Positions 1 to 14,500 of a stretch of 64,000 bases of DNA are shown here, in pieces. Origin of the DNA: Scyliorhinus canicula (Eukaryota). A program made the translations under genes and the position numbers. Below the pieces are notes generated by a model. The model made no database searches and had not been told where the DNA came from. It worked only from the letters and a program-made list of their open reading frames with translations. Positions within the stretch are counted from its first letter, which is position 1. Every line of letters starts with the position of its first letter. The DNA is taken from NCBI RefSeq assembly GCF_902713615.1, contig NC_052154.1, forward strand, positions 63,409,652 through 63,473,651, given 5' to 3'.

Positions 1-670
1 CAAATTCCTAGGTGTACACATTTCCAATCTGTCCTGGTCCACCCACGTTGGCGCTACGACCAAGAAAGTACAACAGCGCCTATGCTTCCTCAGGAAACTA
101 AGGAAATTTGCATGTCCACACTGACTCTTCCCAACTTTTACAAATGCACCATAGAAAACATCCTATCTGGCTGCATCACAGCCTGGTATGGCAACTGCTC
201 GGCCCAAGACCGCAAGAAACTTCAGAGAGTTGTGAACATAGCCCAGTCCATTACACGATCCTGCCTCACATCCATTGACTCTATATATACCTCTCGCCTT
301 GGGAAAGCGGGCAGCATAATCAAAGACCCCTCCCACCCAGTTTACTCACTCTTTCAATTTCTTCCATTGGACAGGAGATACAAAAGTCTGAGAACACGCA
401 CGAACAGATTCAAAAACAGGTTCTTCCCCGCTGTTACCAGACTCCTAAATGACCCTCTTATGGACTGACATGATTAATACTATACTCCTGTATGCTTCAC
501 CCGATGCCGGTATCTATGTATTTACATTGTGTACCTTGTATTGCCCTATTATATATTTTCTTTTTATTTTATTTTATTTTCAGGTACTAAATGATCTGTT
601 TGAACTGCTCGCAGAAAAATACTTTTCACTGTACCTCGGTACACGTGACAATAAACAAATCCAATCCAAT
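1..670 (+). mobile_element. Rex1/Babar-type LINE, 3' end
   Basis: ORF 82..468 has FYKCTIENILSGCITAWYGNC...LQRVV...IIKDPSHP, the C-terminal DUF1891-type region of these LINEs. The tail gtgacaataaa is followed by (aatcc)n. Confidence 0.8.
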
Positions 671-2460
671 TAATGGCTACTTAAGTCCCTCATACCAAAG
701 CCACTATTGTACCCACAGCAGGAGAGACCAGGGCAATCGGGTAGCTTGGCAACTTGTACTGGGAAAACCGGTGTCAGGCAAGGTTAAGAACCCTGCATTG
801 GGGAGTTCCTTCTGCCCACCGGGGTTATCATTCTCCACAAGGTCAAACCCTCACTTTAATCCTTCCCCCAGTCTTTCAAATCCAGTCTCCCACTTCCCTA
901 ACCCCCTCACTTGTGCCTGAAAGCCAGGCCCCACTGTTACCCCAGATTTACCTTGAGTGCTACTTCCATAAACTCCTATTGGAAGCAAAGAACCGTAGAA
1001 TTCCGACAGTGCAGAAGGAGGCCATTCGGCCTATCGAGTCTGCACCGAACCTCTGAAAGAGCACCTTAACTAGGCCCCCCCCCCCACCCTATCCCCGTCA
1101 CCCCACCTAACCTGCACATCTTTGGACTTGGGGAGAGAACCGGAACACCCGGAGGAAACCTGCGCTAACCACTGTGCCGGTTCTGGTTATGGCCACCAGC
1201 AGTGCCGAATGCTGGGACTAGAGAGCTACTAACCAATCCAATTGGCCTGCAGCTAAGGTAGAACTTCCTCCTTAGTTGGGGACGGATGTCTTGCCCTAGT
1301 GTGAAATTGCTGCGAGATAATCAGTTTTTTCATAGTCAGGCTCCCAACCAATGTTTTAGCCAGGTTTATGCGTGGTAGTGGGGGGGAATAAAGCTAAGAA
1401 TCCTGCATGCTTTTTCAAAAGCTTACTGAATCAACAAGGTTAGGAGGGGTTATTGGGTTATGGGGATAGGGTGGAAGTAAGGGCTTAAGTGGGTCGGTGC
1501 AGACTCGATGGGCCAAATGGCCTCCTTCTGCACTGCATGTTCTATGTTTCTATGTATCTATGTAACTTGCTCTTGCCCACCAAGTCTCTCTATTCCTGAT
1601 CCCTTTTCAAATTACTGTTTATTTTGTACTGCCTCTCATCCTTCCTATCAAAACAAAACACTTTTCTGTGGTAAATTTAATTGACACATGTCTGTCCAAT
1701 TCGCCAGTTTTCCTATGAACTCCTATGGTTGTGTGATGCTATTCTTCTCATTGTTTCCTACTGTTCGTCATTTCCTACTGTTCGTCATCTGCAAACTTTG
1801 AAATTTCACCCAGTGTCCCCAAGTTCAGATGAGTAATATATGTCAAAAACAGAAAATTTTGTAAATCATGACCAAATATTTTACCTGTATTACAAGCAAT
1901 CATGCTACAACAATTTTTAATAACTTGATCATTATGTGACCTGTTTGGCAAATTACCTTGGTGAATCAAATAACTTCTTCCTATTCTGAGTTTTTGAATC
2001 CACTTGCACGTCTTGGTTCCATATTGTCCTTTCTTGGCCGATAAATCGTACCTTGCTGTGAATGCTAATCCAGAATTGGCATTTTTGAGGGTAAAGAATG
2101 TCTACTTTCCCACTCGCAGATATGCCAAGTTTAATTACATTGCTGTGCAATCCCCCATCAGACTCAGCCAAAATCTGACAAACCTGTCAGCTACACAAAT
2201 TTAATTGAGGTTCAGTCAAGGCTGGGATTCAAATAAAACCTTGCACCATAAAACATTTTAGGAATGACGTTAAAAAATAAATATATCAAGAGAATGAAAA
2301 TTGACCATGAGAAATTATCTTACAAATATTCATATCATGTTCCTGGCCCTGTTATTGTAACAGGCATTTACCCATTCAAACTAAACAATGTTTCACTAAA
2401 TAGAAAGCACAATTCGATATGACTGCAATTAAACATCAATTTCCAGGCTAATTTTTTTAC

Positions 2461-2588
2461 CTTTCTAAATGAAGTTGTGGATGATGAAATAAGAGAAACC
2501 AGCTTAATTATCTCTTTATTTTCTGAAATTATCTTGTAGTAATTGTTAGGTTGGGCATAGACAGCAACCACATCAGGCACGGTATTAT
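2461..2588 (-). CDS. DNAH5: Dynein heavy chain exon (128 nt): [43 protein letters not shown]
   Basis: ORF 2368..2580; acceptor tgtgcAG, donor AAG/GTaaa; phase 1-0. Confidence 0.92.
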
Positions 2589-5500
2589 CTGCACATGAAA
2601 ATAAGAATTTTGTTAATCTGTCATAGAAGATAAATTTTGTGTCTTATCACATCGCCCAGGATATCCAGAAACACCACATAAATAATTTACTTTGTGATGC
2701 ACTCACTATTGCTATGTACACACAGCAGTATTCAACAACAGCAATTAGATCAAATAATATATAATCTGGGCTGGATTTCCATTTCATCTTGCAGTTGGGA
2801 GTTGGGTAGGAATCACCAAAACTTCTTTTATACCAAATTTAATTTTCCTGCAACACAATTTTCCTACAGGCAGAAAGGTTAGGATTGTATCACAAACCAA
2901 CAGGCACCATCTAATGTCAATGTCACCATTGACAGCCCTTGGGGAAAGTTGTTTTTCCTATCCCCAGTATTTTCAGCGGATTAGGTAGATTTTAGAAGGA
3001 CTCTGAAAATCTGCCTTGTCAGAGAGTTCGGGACAAAGCCTGCTGAGGAATCAGGAACATTTTTCCAGGTAAGTGTTAAATGTTTTGACAACTTCAAATT
3101 TTATTATTAGTGGCTGTATATAAATTAGATGTCTTTTTGCCGTGATTGACCATAAGGCTCTATCCTGTAAAGGTAAGTTGACCATTATATAAGATGCTTT
3201 GGAGTACATTTCCCAGTGGGGAAGGTGCTATTATGCAGTCAAAACTGAAGAAAAAAGTGCTTACGAACGATAATGTTATGATCTAAAGTGATTTAATAGT
3301 CCACAGTGTTTAAAAATTTGAAAAATAAAATGGTCTGCAGCTTTCACTGAGGGAATAAAAGACAGCCACCTGTTCCTGGAATGCTTTAATTGACCAGCCA
3401 TCTGGTGTAGCTTAAAAATAAAATCTAACCATCTTTTATTCAGTTTCAATGAGTTCCATATTCTGAAGTTGCAAGGGGTTGCTTTGATGGCTGAGCCTAC
3501 TATGAATGTTTGGCTGGGTTTCAAAACTTGTGAACATCTTAGGAAAATCCACCAATATCCCGTTCAAAGTGCCGAGTTATGATCTGGTGATCTTATTACA
3601 AAACTAGGAATTTCTGCACAGAGTGCAGCATAGAGTACACTATCAAAGTGAAGCTACAACATAAGGTACAAGTTGGAGTTCGCACTTGGATTGACATGCG
3701 GCATGAGGAAACCAGGCAGAAGACATCTCCAAGCCCAGTGCCCTCGGCCAGCAAGTTGGTTGCTTCTGTCTTGATGCAGTACAGGTACCTGCATCCATTA
3801 GTATGGAAATTACCTGCTTTGTTGCCTTCATGAGTATCCACAAGTACATCAATGGAGGGATCACTCTCTCTGTCATTTCTTTGTAATTCAGCCATTCGAT
3901 TGTCATTTATTTTTTTCTGTTAATAAAATTACATATTTATTCAGTCTCTGTAAACACATGTCAGATGTGCCAGCCATTTCAACTCTTTGGTGTTTTCACT
4001 GTATTTCTTTATGTACAGTAAGAAGTCTTACAACACCAGGTTAAAGTCCAACAGGTTTGATTCAAACACGAGCTTTCGGAGCACTGCTCCTTCCTCAGGT
4101 GAATGACGAGGTATGTTCCAGAAACATTTATATAGACAAAGTCAGAGATGCTGGACAATGCTTGGAATGCAGGCATTTGCAGGTAATCAAATCATTACAG
4201 ACCCAGGGAGAGGGATAATCACAGGTTAAAGAGGTGTGAATTGTCTCAAGCCCGAACAGTTGGTAGGATTTAGCAAGTCCAGGCCGGATGGTGGGGGGCT
4301 CCTTCCACCTGAGGAAGGAGCAGTGCTCCGAAAGCTCGTGTTTGAAACAAACCTGTTGGACTTTAACCTGGTGTTGTAAGACTTCTTACTGTGCTCACCC
4401 CAGTCCAACGCTGGCATCTCCACATCATTTCTTTATGTAGTTTACAGAACATATTATGACTGATATTTTACCCACACTGTAAGTTAACAAACTGATGCTT
4501 CTTTAATGCAATACATTACCTTGATTTATAATTAGTTAAGTATTTCATGAGTGCTGGTACTTACATCATTGATCTCTGCAAAGTTCAACTTGATGTTTTC
4601 TAGAAATATTGACTTCTAATTTGTTTTAACAACATTGTCCCACATTATAGACAAACAACTATTGCAAGTAGCTTGGAGAGGAATACCACAGCTTAAAAAT
4701 AAATCAAAACTTAGCACTGCCTAACTTCACTACATAGTAGCCAAGAGTTAAAATGTTCATAATACATACTCTTGTCATTCTTTTCTTGCTCCACACAGAT
4801 ATTCCCTTGGATATATTGATAATGCAGTCACAGGCTCTATTCAAAATACACTGGATTTCTTCCAAGGTAGGATGCAGCACAATATCAGGTATGGCAAGGC
4901 GGATGTGAACATGCAGGACTGCTCTGAAGATTTGCTTCTGATAATCAGAATTAGCATCTAAAATGAGAAAATCTGTCAAAACAGTGCCCACATACTTGTC
5001 TATCATTGTTACTCTAGATTCCCTCAAGCTCATTTTCTGCAAGAATCAGAGCAAGGTCAGAAAGCACAGCCCAATAAACCAGATAAAATGCTCACAGCAT
5101 CCGTACCAATTTGTTGCTAATAATTCATGTCCACTGCCAATTGCTAAATTATTTAATGCTACAGACACAACCATAGTTACATACATAGTTACATAGAACA
5201 TACAGCGAAGGAGGCCATTCGTCCCATCGAGTCTGCACCGACCCAGTTAAGCCCTCACTAGCAACCCATCCCCCCATCCCCGCAAATAACCCCTCCTAAC
5301 CCTTTTGGTCACTAAGGGCAATTTATCATGGCCAATCCACCTAATCTGCACATCTTTGGACTGTGGGAGGAAACCAGAGCACCCGGAGGAAACCCATGCA
5401 GACACTGGAGAACGTGCAGACTCTGCACCGACAGTGACCCAGCGGGGAATCGAACCTTGGACCCTGGCGCTGTGAAGTCACAGTGCTATCCACTTGTGCT

Positions 5501-8500
5501 ACCGTGCTGCCCCATGATGAATACTTGAATACATTACACATTTAAATTTCTTCCATAAACTGATTTTTATCAATATATGAGTATGTATTTTCCTTTATTA
5601 TATAGCCGAAGATAGGAAAATTGGGGTTAGGAGCAGGAGTAGACCATTCAGCCCTTCAAGCCTGCTCTGTCATTCAATAGGTTATGGCTGATCTGGCCCT
5701 GTCTCAACTCCATTTTGCATTTTCCACATCTCCTCCCGCCCATAACCCTATCCCTTGTCTATGAAAAAACTTGTCTAATTCCACCTTGAATAAATTCAAT
5801 GACCCAGCCTCCGCTGCTTTCGGGGGGAAAATTCTATATACGAATGACCTTTTGAGAGAAAAAAAACATCTCCCCATTTCCATCTTAAATGGTAGACATC
5901 TTATTCTTAAACTGCGTCACCTGGCTCTAACCTCACCCACAAATAGGAATATCCTCCCAGTATCGGCCCCATCAAATCCTCTCAGGATCTAATACATTTC
6001 AATATGATCACCTCTCATTCTTCTAAATTTCAATGGGTATAGGCCCAACCTGTTCTTAAAGGTGATAATGATGATGAATTTTCATGTGTAAAAGGTCAGT
6101 TTCTTTTAAATTTATCTCATGGAATGAGTCCACATTTATTACTCGTCCCATTATAACCTAAGAAAGTGGTGGTGAGCCATCTCTTTGAACTATCTCAGTC
6201 CTTGAGATCATTTAACCATCTAACCTGGAATGTGGCAATTCAGACCGTTGTGCCTTTGCCAACTCTTTGAAAGGCCAATAAGTCGCACCCCCCTGCTCTT
6301 TTTCCATAGTCCTCCAAAATGTTTTCTTTTCAATCATATATCCAATTCCCTTTTGTAAATTATGAGTGAATTTGCTTCTATCCCATAAATGAAGATGGTT
6401 TTCATGATGGTGCTGGGTAGGAAACTCCAGGATACTGACCCAGTAACGGTGAAGGAATGGTGATGTACATGGGATGGTGTGTGACTTGAAGTGGAATTTG
6501 GAGGTGATTCTGTTTGCTTGACATTGCTGCTTATTAAAAATAAATTTAGAGTACCCAATTATTTTTTTCCAATTGAAGGGCAGTTTGACGTAACCAATCC
6601 ACCTGGCGTGTCCATCTTTGGGTTGTGGGGGTGAGACCCATGCAGGCACGGGAAGAATGTGCAAACTCCACACGAAGAATGATCTGGGGTCATGATCGAA
6701 CATGGGTCCTCAGCGCCATGAGGCAGCAGTGCTAAAAACTGCGCCACCATGCCGCCCCGACATTGCTGCTTTTGTTCTTCCTGCTGCTGGTGGCGGTCAT
6801 GAAGTTAGAAAGTGATGTATATATAGGGTAAGTTAGGTGAGTTAATGTCACTCCTGTATCCAAGTCTGAATCAAAGCTATGATGTGAGCGGATTCCATGT
6901 AGTTCTAAACCAAGCTTTGACAGGCAGATTATTGGTTAGCAGGTGTAAGTTCCATTAATGACTCCAATCATCATTTTGCTAATGATTGGGAGAAGGTTGA
7001 TAGAGTGGTAATTGGTAATTTTGTGGATTGGATACATCTGTACAATTGCTCTATAAATGCAGTTATCTTAGCTGCACTAGAATAAATTTGATAGAGGGTT
7101 GTCTAGATAATAAGTGTCAAATAATGCTATTATTCGTATCAATGCTGCAGAAGTTAAGATAAATCAAAATGTGCAACTAAAATATTGCTGGTTCTCTTTT
7201 ATAAACCTTTTCCAGAATATTACCTTTTGACAAGGCAATGGTAGCACAGTGGTTAGCACTGCTGCCTCACAGTGCCGGGGACCCGGGTTCAATTCTGATC
7301 TTGGGTGGCTGTCTGTCTGGAGTTTGCACTTTCTCCCTGTGACTGTGTGGGTTTCCTCCGGTTCCCGTTTTCCTCCCACAGTCCAAAGATGTGCAGGTTA
7401 GGTGGATTGGCCTTGCTAAATTACCCCTTGGTGTCAAAAGTTCAGGTGGGATTACAGAGTTAGAGCGGGGATGCATGTGGGGTGCTCCTTTGGAGGGTTG
7501 GTGCAGACTCGATGGGCCGAATGACCTCCTTCATTCTATGATTCTATGCATCTCATGTAAATAGAAATGAAGGGCAGGACTTAGTATTTTGATAGTTGAG
7601 ACCCAGACTTTAAAGTCAAATTTGGATCTCGCTGCTACAATATGTCGGGTGCAGTCACCCAACATTAACTTTGCCTGAACTGGGCAATTAGGGGTCAGAG
7701 GCCATAGAGGGCGCCCAATTAAAATAGCTGATGGTCAAAGCTGGTCAAAGCTGGTAAAGCAATGGGGGACGCTCTATCCTGACATGCTCTCTGAGAACTT
7801 TTGAAATTTCCATGGCTTCTGGACTACCATTGTGGAGTGGGCCCTTCTACAGCTGTGACCACAAAGGCCGGGGGGGGGGGGGGGGGGGGGGGGGGGGAGA
7901 GGGGGGGAGGGGGGGGGGGGGGGGGGAGGGGGGGGGGTCCCTTTAACTCTTCCTGGAGCATTATCCAACTGCTGTGTTCCCGACATGATTCGGACCTGTA
8001 GGCTGATTTGAAAATTCCATTCGACCTCTGATCAAATGCTTTAATTGGTCTTTTAATTACGTCAGTTGGTTACCTACTGTTCACTAACGTGAAACTGTTC
8101 TGCCCCTCCCCCCACCCCTAATCCAGCCACCAGAAAATTAGCTTGGAGGCAGGATGATGCCAGCAAACCAGCATGCCAGCTGGTGGATTCCAATTATGCA
8201 CCTGCCTGCATCAGTTCCCATCCTGATATTGGACTAAAATCCTTCCCCAATGTTTCTAACTGACTGCCGAATAGCAAATTGATAACACCATTAAATATTT
8301 CACATTGGAATAGTTCGGTCTCTAAGTAAATATGATTCTATTCTATGGATTCGGGTAGAATTGCAAACTCTTAAAATGCTTGCGCAAATTGAATTTAAAT
8401 AATTTGTGTAAACATTGCTCAAATTACTTGCATACCGCCAACAAAAGGCAGCAGGGTAGCATGGTGGTTAGCATAAATGCTTCACAGCTCCAGGGTCACA

Positions 8501-11500
8501 GGTTCGATTCCCGGCTGGGTCACTGTCTGTGTGGAGTCTGCACGTCCTCCCCCTGTGTGCGTGGGTTTCCTCCGGGTGCTCCGGTTTCCTCCCACAGTCC
8601 AAAGATGTGCGGGTTAGGTGGATTGGCCATGTTAAATTGCCCGTAGTGTCCTAAAAAAAGTAAGGTTAATGGGGGGGGTTGTTGGGTTACGGGTATAGGG
8701 TGGATACGTGGGTTTGAGTAGGGTGATCATGGCTCGGCACAACATCGAGGGCCGAAGGGCCTGTTCTGTGCTGTACTGTTCTATGTTCTATGTTCTAACT
8801 GTGCGGAGTCTGCACATCCTCCCCGTGTGTGCGTGGGTTTCCTCCGGGTGTTCCGGTTTCCTCCCACAGTCCAAAGATGTGCAGGTTAGGTGGATTGGCC
8901 ATGATAAATTGCCCTTAGTGTCCAAAATTGCCCTTAGTGTTGAGTGGGGTTACTGGGTTATTGGGATAGGGTGGAGGTGTTGACCTTGGGTAGGGTGCTC
9001 TTTCCAAGAGCCGGTGCAGACTCGATGGGCCGAATGGCCTCCTTCTGCACTGTAAATTCTATGATCTATATCCCTGTGCTGACTTTACACTGTTAAAATT
9101 AACCTCATTGTATTTCTTATGTTCACAGAATTCAGCCTCCTGTATCCTGCCTGAAACTTTCATAGGTAACAGAGTATGGTCAAACAGTATAAGCAAAATT
9201 GAATTAAGGTATACTGTCAATTGTGATTAGAGATAAATTTTCTATCAACCACATAATTACTTTAAAAGTTAACTAACAAGATCACTCAGTGTGACTTTCC
9301 TGGAGAGAAAGCCTTGACTGGGTTACAGACTTTGTTGTACTTCTGTCAGGACAACTATGCAATATGTTGGTAATAACTGCATTTCTGAAAGGAGGCAAGT
9401 GATAAAGAACGTGGCAAATCTTCAGCACTTCTCCCAAATTCGAGTGCACAACCACCATGAGGTATTCCAATTCAATCTTCAAGGCTGGACTCAAACCAGC
9501 CAACTTATGTTTTAGGCATTCAGATCTAATATTTCCCCCAACCACTTTCAATATTCAGCTTCTTCTGTCACTTGCATTGGTTTTGAAAAAGATGCCTTTA
9601 ATGCTAGGTTTCCAATTTACTACTTCAAGCTTCAATTTTCAATTACTTGAATTAAATGACCAAATCATTCATGTCAAAGTATTTAATTATAGATCATAAA
9701 ATGAGCAGAGCATATCTTAGCAGGAAATCTCTATGAACCTCAGAACCATACCCTGACGATGGACCTTGTGCGAAGTCTGCATACGTTTTCTTAGTGTTTC
9801 GAGAGCATTGCGTATGACCTTAACAAGTGCATCTACATTTCGGCGGCTGAAGTGATTGAGCAGTTCCTTTGCCTCTTGCTTCAGGAACTTGGGATCTCTT
9901 AACTGCTTCACTGCTGAGGTTAAATCAGCATCTGGAGAGAGGTCCCTTGGGGACTGCACTGATACTTTTGTTTCCTTATTTTCTGCAATGAAGAATAAAA
10001 TGTTGTAAATGCCTCCTGCTAAACTCATAAAAATTTTCTATTTTCCAACACCCCCACTCGAATTGTAGATATTGTCATAATATCCACTCATGTAGATCAT
10101 GAGATGCAGACAGGCAGTGATTGACACACAGGATAACCAATGAACACACACGACACAGAACAACCAATCACCAGACAGGACACCACCACTATAAAGCCCA
10201 CAGGGCATTAAGGCTCTCCCTCTCTCACAGAAACCGGCTAGGGAGATAGTCGCAGTGTACAGGCCAATGAACATCATCACCATGTGATAGGGAGCTAGTC
10301 TGGTCAAGCCAGTAGGAGGTTATCAGTTAGGTTAATAGAGTGTCAACCCACAGCAGATTATGTACAGCAATCAACAGGTTCAATAAAACAGTTTTGGACC
10401 ATCTCATGTGTCGGAAGCCTGTTTCTCGTTTTACTGCATCCAGTTGCAGTCGATGTTAGACCAACACAGACAACACATCAGATACTTTTGCTGTCACCTC
10501 AGTATGTTGCTGCAACCCACAAGATACTAACTCACGGAACCTAATTTTGGAGGTTTACACATATAAATCATGAGCCCCAAACCCCATGGCCGGAATGCTC
10601 CAATCCTGCGACCAAGTTCTGATGCCTGCGTGAAAACCGGCGCCAACCACTCCAGCATCAATGGTCCCCGATAATGAGGAATGCTCACCTTCCTCGGGGG
10701 CTAGGTCGGCGGCGCCAGAGTGGTCCCCGCAGCTCCAGCTGGCGCGGAACGGCCGGAGTGATTCCGCGCATGCGTGGGGGTTCCCTTCTCCGCGCTGGTC
10801 CCCGGGCAATGTGACAGAGCCCTACAGGGGCCCGGCGCGGAGAAACATAGGCCCCCACGGAACCAGCCCGCCTGCCGATCAGTAGCCCCCCCCTCCCCCC
10901 CCCCCCCCCCCCGGTGTCAGATCCCCCTCCAGGACGGCCCCTGCAGACATACCTTCCAGGTCCCACCATGTGGGACCTGACTAACCCACGCCGGTGGGAC
11001 CCTGTCGAACCCGGCAGCCACTCGGCCCGTCGGTGCCCGGAGAATGGGCGCCGGAGAATCGGTAAGCCCCCTCGGGGATTCTCCGACCAGGTGCGTGGTC
11101 GGAGAATCCCGGCCCATATATGCTGCTAAAAGGAAACTAAGAGTCATAACAATGAACTCTCCCACAAAGGAAATTCAAATGGAGAATTAATCAAAGCCTA
11201 TCGTAACCGCCAAGCACATTTGTTAGGAGCACACTGTCTGACTTTAGGTGTATAATCTAATCCAAAAACAAGAAATAGTTGCCATAGAAAAAAGCAAATT
11301 CATCCTTAAAAATATCATGGAAATGTCTGATTAGCTCATACCCTAGAAATTCAGCCACAATGCCGCTGATTCTGGTTGCAATCAGATTTCTTGGAACAGC
11401 AATAAGCCTGTTCCAAATTCAATGCGAACAGTTGATCTGAAATTCACTAAACCTGCCATTTACCCAAATCCCTTTAAAGCTCTGGTGAAAAGAAATCTGT

Positions 11501-14500
11501 TTTAAAATTAACAATTGAACAAAACTAACTGCCATTTGTGAAGGGAATTCCAAACTTCCACCTCCTCGGCATGTTGCCTGATTTCACTCCTGGAAGGCCT
11601 GGTTCTAAATTTTAATGCAAGGTCCCCGAATCCTAAACTCCTCGAACAAGAGAATTTCTTTCTCAATACCATGTCTTTCCCTTTAATAGAGAATCATGCT
11701 TAGTTTTCTAAATTTGTGAAATAATATTCTAGCTTGTGCAATCTCCCTTTGTCATTTAATCCTTGGAGTCCACATGCCACTCCGGCAAATCTAGCTGCAA
11801 TCCCTGCAAGACACTGTGGTGCCTAGAATAGCACTCCAACAGTGCAGTCAGAGTTATTATAGCACATAATGAGGTCATTCAGCCCATCAAGTGCATGCTG
11901 GTTCTCAGTATAGCAATCCAGTCAGTCCCATTTCCCCACTCGATCCCTTTGCCTCTGGAAGTTGATTTTCATCAGGTGCCCATCAATTTCCTTTTGAAAT
12001 CAGTAATCATCTCTGTTTCCGCCACCCTCATAGACAGCGAGCTCTTAGATCATTACCATGCACTGCATGTCAAAGTTCTTCCTCACATTCTTCTCCCCCT
12101 TCTGCCCAAAGCCTTATCTGTGTCTCCTGGTCCTTGGACCATCAACTAATGGGAGCAGCTTTACATTGTCCACCTTATCTAAACCTGTCATAACCTTGTA
12201 CATGCCGATCAAATCTTCCCTCTATACTTCAAGAAAACAACAACACCTTATCTAACTGTAATGAACTCCAATTGGCTTTATTGGTTGGCCAATTGGAGTA
12301 TGAGCTCCCTCAATGATAGCTCATTGAGGGGGCCCATATAATCACCTGTGTAGGCTTTGTGAGCAGTCTTAAGTTGACTGGACTGCTAGCAGCACTGTTT
12401 GTAGCTGCTCCTGTAATATCGTTATTGTAAATAAATATTGGTGTGGTGACGGAACTCCTGCCTCCCGTGGATTACTACACTTTTGTAGATTGGAATTGTA
12501 CCTCAATTATGGCAGGTGTATGTGGAGATTATTGCCAAAGGAGTGGTGAAAAGAGGTAGGTTTAAGGACTTCAAAGGTAAACAAATCTGCAGTAAGAGAG
12601 ATTTTAGTGGGATGGAATTGTGCAGAGTATTCCACAGGCTGGTAGAAAAGGCTGAAGGCGTTCCTGATGATGGTACAGTGGAAAGAGAAGGTGCCTGGAT
12701 GTGAGGGATGTTGCAGTCAAACATGGAGGTATAATAGTCGGCAAGGGGCCTATGGGGTGGGTACGATTATCTTCGTTGACTGGACTGGTAGCATTTGAGT
12801 AAGCTCCTCTGCATCCTCTTCATATCCTTCCGAAAGTGTGATGATCAGAATTGCAAGCAATACTCTGGTTTAGCCTAACCAAAACTATAGAGATGGATTT
12901 TAAAGCAGAGGTTAGAGGAGTGGAAGAAGGTGAAATGCTCAAAAGAAGGCTGTTATGCTTCTTGAAAGAATGCTCGAAGTCGTCTTTAGGTTAAGGATGA
13001 TTTATTGTGTCCCACAATAAATTACAGATTACACTTGAGAAAAGGCTGCTCTTCAATGTTCTGCAACTAGGCCCCAAACAGACTAGCACCCTTCAGCTTC
13101 TTGCACCTCTTGCCACTCCAACCCCTCCGGTTTCAAGTGGCGGAGGCAGGCCTTCGGCGTTCCTTTTATGGGTGTCCCCGCACTGCCCCCTGGTGACTCA
13201 GGCGAGGATCACCACATCCCCCTTCTTCACTTTTTTTTTTTTTTTTTTTTCGTAGTTGCAGAGCTGTAGTAAAACACAAAGGTAAAGAGTTAGGTTTATA
13301 TATGTATATACACAGAACAGGGCAGGGCGATGCATTTGTCAGTCCATGTTCACAGGTTCAGACGGTCAGGTGCACGTCTGATCCGTGTAGACCTCCTGAG
13401 TGGGCTTGGAGATCCAGGGTCGTGTGTGTCCGTGCGGACATCTGCTGCTGGGGTGTCAGGAAGATGTATGACCGTGTCCTGTGGATCCAGTGTGTCCTGC
13501 AGATCGAGTGTCGGAAGGACCCGTGGACGAGGTGTGACCTTCAGAAGGTCTCGCCGATTTCGTCGAACCATTGTTCCATCATCCGACTGCACGACGTACG
13601 ACCGTGGCGATGTTAGGCGGAGGACCACCGCCATTTTGGACCAACCCCCAGCTGGGTTTCGCAGCCTCACTGTGTCGCCGATGGCCAACGGTGGCAGTAC
13701 CTTGGCCTGCTTGTCATAGTGCTGCTTTTGCGCTTGGCGCTGTTGACGCATTTGATCCAGGACAGGCGAGTGATCAGGATTGGTGAAGTGTAGCGCTGGT
13801 AAAGTTGTCCGCACATCCCTGTTGAAAAGCATCTGAGCTGGTGATAGTCCCGAGCTCAAAGGTGACGAACGGTACGATAGGAGGGCCAAGTGTACGTCAG
13901 ATTTTGAGTCCGCAGCCTTGCTGATGAGTTGCTTGACTATGTGGACACCTTTCTCCACCCTGCCATTCGATTGCGGAAAGTGGGGACTCGACGTTATGTG
14001 CTGGAAATTGTAAATCTTGGCGAAGTCCGTCCACTCCCAGCTGGCAAAACAAGGACCATTGTCGGACATGACCGTCCGTGGGATGCCATGCCTGGAGAAA
14101 GTTTCTTTGCAGGCCTTGATGACGGCTGCTGCTGTGAGATCCGGGAGTTGCAGGACTTCCGGGAAGTTGGAGAAGTAGTCAATGATCAGGACATAGTTGC
14201 GGCCCATGGAGTGGAACAAATCAATGCCCACTTTGTCCCATGGTGACGTGGCCATCTCATGCTGCTGCAGTGGCTCCTTGCATTGTGCCGGTCGATGTCT
14301 TTGGCACGTGTCACAGGAGAGCACCATGTTGGTGATGTCCTCGTTAATCCCTGGCCAGTAAACAGATTGGCGCGCTCTCCTTTTGCATTTTTCGGCACCA
14401 AGGTGCCCTTCGTGAATCCTGTGGAGGATGTCCGCCCGGAGAGCCATTGGAATGACGATCCTGTCGTTCCGCAGTATAATGCCATCGACCACGGATAGTT

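Larger units (their letters stand above)
4016..4426. mobile_element. Short Penelope-like insert with inverted pseudo-LTR arms and hammerhead motifs
   Basis: ~85-bp inverted arms (4016-4101 vs 4306-4391); 13-bp TSD atttctttatgta at 4003-4015 and 4427-4439. Confidence 0.8.

Noticed and set aside
82-468. ALKBH8-like gene
   Set aside because: This DUF1891-type sequence is the C-terminus of a Rex1/Babar LINE, followed by a LINE tail.
1953-2183. Possible next dynein exon (AG at 2184-2185, ORF 1953..2171)
   Set aside because: The translation does not resemble the expected following DNAH5 segment; the next exon is probably outside the window.
7774-8001. Poly-Pro / poly-Gly ORFs
   Set aside because: Products of a poly-G tract whose length may also be unreliable in the assembly.
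8380-8983. Recurrent short ORFs ([19 protein letters not shown]) and tRNA-like sequences
   Set aside because: These are V-SINE translations; the heads are tRNA-derived, not tRNA genes.
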